From Zootoca vivipara (lineage: Eukaryota), in the NCBI RefSeq assembly GCF_963506605.1, contig NC_083276.1:28458001-28522000 (forward strand): a stretch of 64,000 nucleotides of DNA, read 5' to 3'. The stretch's first letter is position 1. Each line of letters opens with the position of its first letter. Shown here in pieces: positions 23,142 through 33,900 of the stretch. The translations under genes and the position numbers were made by a program. The notes under the pieces were generated by a model. That model was given only the letters and a program-made list of their open reading frames with translations, ran no database searches and was not told the DNA's origin.

Positions 23142-26100
23142 CTGAAAGATTGAACAAACACAATTGCTAGTAAGGCGGCAGAAGAAACAAGCTTAATATC
23201 CATATCAATGCTGATATACTTTATATTCATTTTTAGGTGATGTTCCACATAAGTTGAAGCCACTTTTCATAAAACATTTATGTAAGTCTCTATGAATCAA
23301 GGCCTGTTATGAACCCCTAATGAAATGCTTTTTTGGCTGAAAGAAATACCAGATCAGCTTATTAATTAAAGTTACCTACAGGATTACTACAATGTATGTT
23401 ACAGATACAGCTTCATAAATGGCTTTCAACATTTAATTATGCCAACTTTCAACTGTAAATGCACTGACTAATGATCAACCAACTTTCCTTTATTCAATAT
23501 ACACCATTTCACATTTAGAACGATTTCCATAACCTTACACTCCACTAAATTTTCAAGATTCATTTTCATTTGTGAAGTATATGTCTGTGAAGAGACTGTT
23601 AGACTGAACTATGAAGGACTGAACATTAGAGCCATTTTATTTATTTCGCTTCTTTCCTGTAAGGACCTGAAGGTGGGGTGCATAATTTTCCTCTCCTTTA
23701 TCCTTGTAACAATCCTGCAAGAAAAAATAAGTGGTACAAGGTCTCTGAAATGGCAAGCAGGCTTTGCATTCAGCTCCTTTTAATTGGCACCGAATGCAAA
23801 ACCCGCTGGAAGTGGTTGCTCTCGGGAGCTCTTTACAAAAGTTCCATAGTACAACTGATCCCTGCTGAAAGTTAGGTTTGCAAAGCACGGCTGGTCAGCA
23901 ATGCCTGAAATCTTGCTTTAACAGGGTTCCTCCTTTGCAGCCTGGCTTGCGTTGAAGCTGAGCTGCAAAGAACCAAGAAGCACACTTAAGAACATGCCCC
24001 TGAGTATTTCAGTATTTCAACTCCAGCCCACCATCTCTGCTGCAATTGGAAGCAGTAGAGGAAAAAGTGTAGCGATCCGTTTTGAATTAATGTTTACGGG
24101 TGACAATGGTAACTAAGGTGCCTCTCAAGTACCACTACAGAGTATGTACAAATTAGCTGTGTCAGTTGTGTTCTCCTTGCCCTGTTCTCCATGGTCCACT
24201 CGGCTTGGGAAAGTGGTGGGTTGAGGCCTAACCACTAGCATTGCCCCCTACTCAGTGCTGCCTGTGGGAGGGGGAAACTATTATAACATAGTACAGTGAT
24301 GGGCAACCTTTTGAGCTTGGTGTGTCAAAATTTGCCAAAAAAACCAAGCATAACTCGGGTGGTGTGTGACTTCGAGAAAAAACCCATAATTTTGTTATAT
24401 TTATAGTTTAAATAACAAAAATGTATAATTGTAATATATAACTGTATTTAATAAACCAAAAACTAATTATTTAACCAAACCAAACCAAAAACCCCTTATT
24501 TATCACAAAGTGCCCAGAGTTGTTGAGCTTTTGGGGGGGGGGAGCTGCTGACCAAAGTTTTGGAGGCACAGAATGGGTTAAAAATGAACGCTGTTATACC
24601 CAATCATAGTCTGCCAAAGCACCAGAAAAAACAGCAGAGAAAGGGTTAAAAAACCAATATCTGGCTACCAGCTACAACAACAACAAAAAAGGATCGGGTT
24701 TTAACAGCGGAGACAAGCTGTAGTGTGAGGAGGAGCGGGAGAACAAATGGGGAAATGGGGGAAAACAACAACAACAGCATGAATGGGCCGATGGGGCGTG
24801 TGCCAGCAGTGAGGGCTCTGTGTGTCACGTCTGACACGCGTGTCATAGGTTCGCCATCACTGACATAGTAGAAAACAATTCTCTTCCTCCTCCACACTAC
24901 CAAGCAATGAGACCATGTTAGGAGAGTGCAAACTGACCCTCTCCTTCCTCAGACCATAATGATATATTACACCCTGTAGATCAGGAGTGGGTAAAACAAA
25001 GACATGCCACCAAATGCTGGCTCTCAAGACTCCTCAGTCCACACCTTTCTCTTTTACCAAGCTGGAACATGTTCTTTAACTGTGGTGCTGCCTCTTGCTT
25101 TTCTATATGGACAGGTGGATGGATAAAACCTCTGGTTTTGCATGGCTCTTAGGTAACCTACTGTAAGTCGCATCCATTGCTCTGTCCACTTTCTGGACCC
25201 CCTCCACCACTGGGGTGTAGGCTAGAAGGTTGTCCACGAGGGATTATGCCCCTTGGACTGAAAACTATTCACTCCCCTGCTTATAAATCTATTGTATTAA
25301 TGCAAGTCTCAAGTCACTTATTAGGCCTGAACTTGTGAAAGGTCTGAAATGTGCAACAAACAAGCTAACCAGGCCATTCTCAGTGTTCACCTTTAAATAC
25401 AAAATAGCAATTCACTTCTAGGATAAGAAATTCAGTATGTACAGTACCATAGCCTCTTACCTTAGCTCCTTCTAGAATATGAGTGTCTTTCTGCAAAGAA
25501 TTTTTAACACCTTCTTCTGTAGAAAATCCAATCCAGCAAAAACCTTTGTGGAATCCCGTTTCTTTATCCTAATCATCCAAAACAAGTATGTTACATCCAA
25601 AACAAGTACATTGAATTGATTTAGATTTGATGGATCCTATGTACAGTACTTAATCAACAACTGCTTAAATGCTACTTCAGTATGGACTATATGTGCCCTT
25701 TTCACCTTCAACAGAAACCTGGTGTCATGCAGAAAGCCATTTCCAATCATAAATGTTAAACAACTGGTGAATTATATTCTCTTCCCAGCAGACTAGGAAG
25801 TTTCCTAGCCACTTATTTCACTGGTTTATTTGGGATGACAAGAATGAATTTGCTGGAAGCTATGTAACTAGTTGCCTCGGGAGTAGCCAATGTGGTGCCC
25901 TCCACATGTTGTTTAACTCAAACTTCCACCAACACCAGGCATCTTGCACAAAGGCGACAAAGGAGTACCTTGGTTGGTTTTCCCATAGTTACCTTATACT
26001 GGGGGGTTGGGAATTTCCTGGGGAAAACAAATTTTGGATAGGCCACTGGGAACGGGTGGAGTTACAGCTGAAATCCTACAAGCTGGGAGTAAATCCTCAT

Positions 26101-27663
26101 TAAAAGATGAATTACTTGTGAGTAGACTTAAGTGATTGCACTGTAAATCAATATAAAACTTTATTTATCCCCCAGCCACTCTGGGTGGCTTCCAACAGAA
26201 AAATAAAATACAATAATCTATTAAACATTAAAAGCCTCCTTAAACAGGGCTGCCTTCAGATGTCTTCTAAAAATCTGGTAGTTGTTTTTCTCTTTGACAT
26301 CTGATGGGAGGGCGTTCCACAGGGCGGGCACCCATACCGAGGAGGCCCTCTGCCTGGTCCCCTGTAAGGAAAGCAGTTACTCTACAAGTAACGTTTTGTA
26401 CTTGATTGCCAATATCCAAACACAAAAAACTCAACTTAGAACATGATCTAGCTATAGTTGCATAATTAACCCTTCCACTGAAACTCAAAGGGCTCATTTT
26501 TTTATGTCTTCTTGTCATTGTGTTAGCACAGCAAAAGCTCGCTCTGTGTGTGTGTGTCCCTGATTTAAATGCACAAGCGGTGAACTGTACAAGATAGGAA
26601 ACTATCTTAAAGTGGGAACGGTATGCCCTCCATATTAAGTACATGCTTTTCTTTATCCCTGAGATATCAGTGTCTGAGCACAAGCAGCCCTTAGATGCAG
26701 ATATAGCAGAGGGCAGAAACTAGCTGAAAGTCCATCTGAAAATAAAGTTTGTAAAATGCATGGGAAGAAAAAGAACCATTGGTGGCCTCTGCTAAGTGTG
26801 TTCAAATACAGTTCTAAAGGTGCCAGCAGGGAATACTGCATTCTCTCAATAGTTTGATTTTTTTAAATATAATTTTCAGATGCATTTTAAAATCCAAATA
26901 CAGGTGATACCAACTGGATATTAACATTTGTTAGGTGGCTTTGTGCCAGTCCTGAATTTTACTGTTATATGTAAATTGCAATTGTATAAAACTAAAATGC
27001 GGTGGACAGAAATATTTTGTTGAGTTTAGGTTCAGTTAACAGCAATGATACGGTACTCACAAATGGCAGCATGCATTTTCTCACAGAGCCAAACTGAGCA
27101 AAATATTGTTTTACTTCATCTGCAAAAAGAGAAGAGAGTCATTTATCAAACCAGGTTGTCTTGGGGCGTTTCTGTGCATGACGACGATGTTATTTTTAAA
27201 TTAGGGCGAGAATAGTGGAGATCCTCTTAGCGCTGCAAAGATGGAAGATGGCCCGTTGCAAAATAATTCAGAGCGTTGCAGAGGATGGGGGAGGGTTTCT
27301 GTAGGTGCCGCTTGCATGACGTCAGCCGAAATCCCTTCCTCTGTAGCCTTTTGGTCTGGGTACAAAGCCCTTAGCACAAGAAAGAAGGTGGGTTCGACTC
27401 ACGTTTCGGGCTCTCCAGGTTCTCCAAAGCATCTGATGCAGGAATGGAGAAAAGGGCTTAAAACCTCGGGAGCCGGAGGCGCCAGGGACCCACGCTATAA
27501 CCCCGGCTAGCCTTCTTTTAAGACGCGACTTACAGCACCATTGGGACTCTCTGAAACCCCTTCCCTTCCCTAACCCCGCACCCTACTCACTTGCCCCCGC
27601 CGTCCAAGGCACGCGGGCGACGAAGACCTCGAAGAGCCGCCGGGAAGGACCTGCCGCCGCCAT
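23076..27663 (-). CDS. SLIRP: SRA stem-loop-interacting RNA-binding protein, mitochondrial (single RRM), 4 exons, 101 aa
   Basis: Minus-strand exons 27591-27663, 27061-27119, 25461-25568, 23076-23141 (306 nt, GT-AG): [101 protein letters not shown]. Syntenic position between SNW1 and ALKBH1. Confidence 0.95.
24294..24862. mobile_element. Non-autonomous hAT element in SLIRP intron 3
   Basis: TIRs CAGTGATGGGCAACCT / AGGTTCGCCATCACTG; perfect 8-bp TSD ACATAGTA. Confidence 0.9.
25461..25568 (-). CDS. SLIRP: SLIRP exon 3
   Basis: [36 protein letters not shown] (RNP1-like), donor gtaaga. Confidence 0.95.
26161..26365 (-). mobile_element. L2 3' fragment
   Basis: Reverse complement of the 51040-51402 family. 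Confidence 0.75.
27061..27119 (-). CDS. SLIRP: SLIRP exon 2
   Basis: [20 protein letters not shown]; ttgcag acceptor, gtgagt donor. Confidence 0.95.
27591..27663 (-). CDS. SLIRP: SLIRP exon 1
   Basis: [24 protein letters not shown], donor gtgagt. Confidence 0.95.
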
Positions 27664-27769
27664 CTTGAAAGCCAGGAGGAAGTAAGGCGGGCTCTCGCCG
27701 GCCAGCCAATGGGGAGGCGCGCTCTTGCCCTTTCCGCTGAGGGCGAGCAAGGTCACTCCCGGCGCTAAG
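27664..27769. promoter_or_regulatory. Bidirectional CpG-island promoter shared by SLIRP and ALKBH1
   Basis: 106 bp between divergent ATGs; CCAAT at 27706-27710; YY1-like AAGATGGCG at both start codons. Confidence 0.85.
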
Positions 27770-27901
27770 ATGGCGGCGGGCGCTGTCTCCGCGCGGGAGG
27801 GTGGCGAGGACGCCTTCCGCCGGCTCTTTCGCTTCTACCGGCGGTGGGAGGGCTCGGACTCTTGCGGGGCCATTGATTTCTCGAAGCCAGCGGCGCGGCA
27901 G
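27770..27901 (+). CDS. ALKBH1: ALKBH1 exon 1
   Basis: [25 protein letters not shown]...[10 protein letters not shown]|gtaaac. Confidence 0.95.
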
Positions 27902-30900
27902 GTAAACCGGGCGGTAGTACCCTACCACACCGCCTCCGCCAACGCACGCTCTTGTCTCCATGGTGACAGCTGCCCCTTCCGGGTTATTGCATGTGCCGGG
28001 GGGAACCTTCTCTCCTCCATCCTCGGTACAGTTTTTGCCTCTGTATTTGCAGCTTAGCAGGAATGCCGAATGGATGGATGGAGGTGGGAAGGCTCCTCTT
28101 GTGGCAGAACTGAGGTTATTTTTTTGGGGGGGGGTTAGGCCAGCCACCCACAACAGGTGCACTCAGGTGTGGAATTCCTCAGGTAGGGAGGGTGTCGATT
28201 TTTAATTTTATTTTTTTTAAGAAACTAGTACAGCATATCGCTGCATGCAAGCAGCCACAAGCCTTCAAAAATATGACTCACACACGTGCAATGTGAAGCA
28301 ATACAGGATTCTGCTTTGTTTTGTATAAGTGGACTCACATATACAGTACTAGTGTATTTCAGCCCATTCAGTAACGGGCGCTAGAACATCCCGGGGTTCG
28401 GAGAAGCGCTTGGTTATCTTTAGGATATCTTTTTTTTTTTTTTGCTGGGCAAGCAAAGAGACGTTGATATTCATGGCATTTTCAAAAGATTAGCATCTTG
28501 CAAATGCTACGGTTTATTGATCTGTCACCAGCATTCTAATCTTTTCCACTGAACTCAATAGTTACAGTCAGAAGTATGTCCCATTGAGTTCAGTGAGGCT
28601 TACTCCCAGGTAAATGGGGTTAGACTTTAAGCCTGTTAATTTCATAAAGCTCCTTGAGAAGCAGCCTGAAGATGTGTAACAAACGTTCTACCACTATGGC
28701 ACCACATAATAAATGAAGTCATATCCATGTTTGAACATTTTTCTACTTGTTAATCACCTGGGCCAAAGCTATATGTTACATACACTACGATGTCAAGATT
28801 CTTTTTGATGACTAAAAAAATTCCTTCAGTAGCACCTTAAAGACCAACTAAGTTTATATTTTGGTATGAGCTTTCGTGTGCATGCACACTTCTTCAGATA
28901 CACGATGGACTTCCATTTCATGCGGCTCAATGTGGTGCCTTCCATAGTTCTAGTTACAGGTAGGTAGCCGTGTTGGTCTGAGTCGAAGCAAAATAAAAAA
29001 ATTCCTTCAGTAGCACCTTAAAGACCAACTAAGTTTATATTTTGGTATGAGCTTTCGTGTGCATGCACACTTCTTACTGGTGTATCTGAAGAAGTGTGCA
29101 TGCACACGAAAGCTCATACCAAAATATAAACTTAGTTGGTCTTTAAGGTGCTACTGAAGGAATTTTTTTATTTTGCTTCGACTCAGACCAACACGGCTAC
29201 CTACCTGTAACTTTTTGATGACTGTTGCTGCAATTAGGTAGAAAACTAGTGAGGTGGGGAGGGCATTCTGGTTTTTCTCTGAATATCTCTCCCTTTAGCT
29301 ACTTCTGCTTTGGGTTCTTAAGTCTAAATCTTTTAAAGACTATTTAATTGTTTAAATTTATGAATTGTCTTTTGTATGAGCCTCAAGGCAATTTTAATAT
29401 GCATCTTATCTGATCTTAGGTTCTTGCCTCTGAAAACTAAAGTTACAATCACCTACTTGGTATTTAAGGGGCTGCTTTGGGGGTTTTTAACAATCAAGTG
29501 GCATATACATTTTATGAAATAAATAAATAAACAATAGGGTAATCTTTTTACTGGTCACAGTGCCTTAGCCATTGTTTTGAAAAATAATTGGTATACACAT
29601 GACAACGGAGAAGTATGGTAGTTAAAAAAAGATAACCCGTTGATAATTAAGGGCAGCTAGTTGTAAGAGTCAGAAGGCTGGATGAATATGCAAATCTCTG
29701 TGCCACTAAAAGACTCAGCCAAATTTAGTGGTGCCCAGATTAGCATTACCCTGCAAATAGAGTGCACATCCAGAAACATTTGTGCATCCATATCAGCTGG
29801 TTTATGAATGGAAGTTTGCTTCTTCACAGGGATTTTCCTCATTGGATCTGGGCAATGGAGTCAAAGTTTGATAAAAGTGTTTAAGGGGAATGCGATATAA
29901 ATTGTATAAAATTGCATAAAAAGAGGAATCTGAAATGATTAACTCTTTTTTTAAATGCTAAATTTATACAGTACTTATTGAAAACAACATGAAACTTATT
30001 AAAAACTCTTTAGACCAGGGGTAGTCAACCTTTTTATATCTAAAGGTAAAGTTTCTTAAGTCCAGTCGCGAATGACTCTGGGGTTACGGCGCTCATCTCG
30101 CTTTACTGGCCAAGGGAGCCAGCATTTGTCCGCAGACAGTTTTTCCAGGTCACGTGGCCAGCATGACTGAGCTGCTTCTGGTGAAACCAGAGCAGTGCAC
30201 GGAAGCGCCATTTACTTTCCTGCCGGAGTGGTACTTATTTATCTATTTGCATTTTGGGCATGCTTTCAAACTGCTAGGTTGGCAGGAGCTCACCTTGTCA
30301 CGGGGATTTGAACTGCCGACCTTCTGATCGGCAAACCCAAGAGGCTCAGTGGGTTTTAGACCACAGCGCCACCTGTGTCCCAACTAATGCATCTTTCTTG
30401 ATGGTAAAATTTCCTTACCGCCCACCAGTGCTCGATGAAAGGAGGATTCAGCTTGTGCCATAGCACCCCCTACCGCCCACCTAGAATCCTGAAACGCCCA
30501 CTAGTGGCCTGAGGAACCAGGTTGACAACCCCTGATATAGACAAAAATTTATCTCTGGAACTCACTGCCTGCCCCCCATCATCCTCTTGGTCTCCTTAGA
30601 GCAGACTCAGTTGCCAGAAGCCTAGATGTTGTGATCGTTGTTCTCTGGTAATGTCTCCTGTTGTTGAATTTACTTTTGCAAATATTTGGAGGTGACCCTA
30701 ATAGATTGTATAAGAATGCATAGACAATTGTCCTAATTTTGGAATATTGCTGTTGAACATTTTTAATGTAGATTTCTTATCCCTTTGGTTGCTCTTTAAA
30801 GCTGGAAGGAGAGACCTGTATCATGGCCCACTCGCTTGTTTGGTACATCCACAGTGCCTCTCATTATCATCATCCTTGTGTATGGCAAATGTACGAATTA

Positions 30901-33900
30901 CATTTGTTCTTCTCTGTGCTTGATCTTTTTATCAATGGGCTTTAAACACTGGTGACAAGTCACAAAAGTTCATTATATCTTTGTAAGGAAACTGCTTAGG
31001 AGTGCTCACTGTGTTATGCATTTTACTAGTTAGTTCTCCACTGTGTGTTCTGTCTCTTCCCTGTCTTTTTTTTAAAAAAAGCTCCTTTGCCTTATTATCA
31101 GACATGTTGCAGAAAGGAAGATTCTGTCTTGCCTCTTGCTTCTTACCCACCTCATCCCATTATCTTCTGACTATTGCAGGAAATTAACTACTGAAGAGAA
31201 AATTAACAATAAAGGTGACATTTTCAGGGTGACAGAGGATTAACACTGTCTTCAGTAACAAAAGATCCCTTTTTATTTCATTAAGAGTAACATATTAAAA
31301 GTGACTACTAGGTATTAACAATTTCCGACTAGCACCAGTGCTTAGACAGGTTTACTGGTCCTCAGTTAATACTGTAATGAGTGCTGTATAATTACAGCCC
31401 TCCCAAGGAGAATTTCTGTCACAGAAAGAAGCTCTTCAGACCTCAAGATTGCATAATTAGGATCACCCTCTTATTTCTTCAGCATCGTTTGTAATTTCAA
31501 TTAAAATCACATAGCCACCAGAGTTGGAAACTAATGCATTATCCCATTTGAAATTGGGATTCTACTCTGCCACATGCTATAAAATGTTGTGGCTTTCTAG
31601 CACTAGCAATCCCCGTGTTAATAGCCATAATCGTACATAATGTTGGGATTATGGTGCAGACAGAAAAGTGAGCTGTTTGTCAGAACGTTGTGACTTCAGG
31701 TTTCAGTATCGCACAACCTACTGAATCAAGAAATAAAATGTGCCACAAAAACCATCACAGGTCCAGAGAAGCAACTGCTGCTTTATTGACTACCGGTATC
31801 TGACAGTTCCCCTGTAATGAAAACAAATACTATATTGCTTTGAAGAGCTGAAATTCTAAATATATCACATGCCTCTGACTCAGATATTTTACAACCTGGT
31901 AGATTTCAGGAAGCATCGCAAATCAGTGTGATAGGTATGCATCAATGGGAAAAATTGAGTGTAAGTTCAATTTCCTGGGTTTCCTATTATTTCCATTTTA
32001 AAGCTATAGTAACAGACTCTAAAAGATAGTAGGCACAGTCCAGCAAACAGCCCCAGTACAACTAACATCAGGCCCACTTATTTCAGAAAAACACTATTAA
32101 CTTTTGCTTCATTGTCCCCAGTGACTTACTTTGATAATCCATTGAATCTAAAGCTAACACTATCCAATGAACTGTGCTGCTAATTAAAATATTTTAGTGA
32201 ACTTTTAGTATAAACTTGCCTTCTCCACAGATTTATTTGTACGAATATTTAAACTGGCAAGGTTCTTCCTCCCCTCAACTGCTTTTTTTGAAGGCTGACT
32301 TCGAGAAATATCAAGGTGTTTTCTGGGCATGTCCAAACTCAGCACAAGACTTGGCTGGTTTCTCTGCTCTTGTTGGGAAAATGCCCTGGAGAGGTCCGTC
32401 AGGCAGCTTAGTAAGGGACAAGGCACCCTCAACTCTGAGCTAAGGAGGAAGTTTGGTGCTTATTTTTGTAGTTGAACTTAGCCTCTCTGAAACATATTGA
32501 CATCACAGTCAAGACTCAGTTCCTTTCAAGGGGCAAAGTAGGGTTGGTGATGGGCACAACTCCTACCAGCTAATAAAATTCAGCCAGATTTTGTGGGCCA
32601 CATTTCAGGTGTCTCATATTCAATTTTCCTCCACCAGATTGTCAGCTCTCCCCTGAGTTTTTCATCAGTAAGTGATCACGATGCTTACAGAGCAGGACTG
32701 CGTCCAGTTAATCAATGGAAAGCCTATGGCCTCAAAAACTATCCAGGTGAGTGTGTTTGTATGACAAGCAAGGGGCAAGGAAGCACTTTTTGATGTGGTG
32801 TTTGCTTCTCTCATTATTTATGATACAATTTTTATATGATACAAATTTAGTTGGGAGAACAGCTTATAGCAACCTGTATTGTTTCTGAAGGACATAGGTT
32901 GCAAATTTGTAAGCTCTGTGTTCCTGCTGTTTCTCAACGTTCTTTTCAGTGCTCACATGTACTGTATAGAGGCCCTAACAATCTCTTCCCCATCCACCTT
33001 CATTTTTGTCTAGGGTTTATATTTATCCCAGATCCCTTCCTTCCGGGCTGCCAGCGTCACTGGGTGAAGCAGTGCCTGAAGACGTACACCCAGAAGCCTA
33101 ATGTGTGCAATTTGGATATGCACATGTCTTCTATGGAGACCACTGATCTATGGGGGAAGAGTCAGCATCAGTTGCGGTATGTCCTGGCTCCAAATATTCC
33201 CAAGGCAATTTGATAAAAGGTCATTTACATATCCCCTTTATAACCCACTTCAATAATCACTGAGCCCATCTGTATGAGTGCCATTGCTTACTCCCAGAGT
33301 TGGCTCATTCAACAACATCATGAATCCAAGCCTTTAGTCTCATCAGCCCAGTATTGTGTAATACTCTGCCAGTAGATACAGCAGGCACCTGCTGTTTCAG
33401 CATTAAAATGCCTGCTGAAAGCTTCTATTCTGTCAGGGTTATTCAGACAGTTGAGAGCATATCCACAATAATCAGCTGATTTCTGATTTCAACTTCTTTA
33501 TTGTTTTTATTGAATTTTTATGCACAATTGTTTTAACTGCTCTGATTTTTTATGAATAGTTATATATAAATACATTTATAAATAAATAATAAAGTCTCTT
33601 AACTATGGTTTAAGTGTCTAGTATTGTCTTTGGTTCCATTTAAGAGCTAACATATTTCTATTCAGATTATTTAACACTAACCAACTTGTTCTTTGAAACA
33701 AACTAGGTATTTACTTTTTTAAAAAATGCACACAAAATCATGTAAGCAGTTGAAAGTTTGGACTTAGGCAAGAAAGTGAAAGGCTTTCTCCCCTTTTCCC
33801 TTGATCATTTCTTCTACCTCAACTTCTTTCTCTGAGGATTTTTTTGTCTTTGATTATTCTGTGAGCAGTAGAGGAAGCTGCGCTGCTCAAGCAGTTTTGG

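Larger units (their letters stand above)
28814..29210 (-). mobile_element. Miniature Penelope-like element (tandem plus inverted pLTR copies) with hammerhead motifs
   Basis: 13-bp TSD CTTTTTGATGACT (28801-28813 and 29211-29223); two direct repeats with 181-nt period plus an inverted copy. Confidence 0.85.

Noticed and set aside
23637-24265. Alternative SLIRP last exons (acceptor-like sites near 23665, 23963, 24262)
   Set aside because: Their peptides do not complete the RRM; 23076-23141 (LEVKRQ) fits better and has a nearby AATAAA. Minor isoforms are not excluded.
27587-28162. 191-aa minus-strand ORF and other long ORFs in CpG islands (3317-3871, 62601-63233)
   Set aside because: GC-rich, stop-poor shadow frames; the real SLIRP exon 1 is in a different frame.
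29044-29075. Additional functional hammerhead on the minus strand
   Set aside because: The core is truncated at the inversion (CAGUAAGA instead of CUGAAGA) and stem I is lost.
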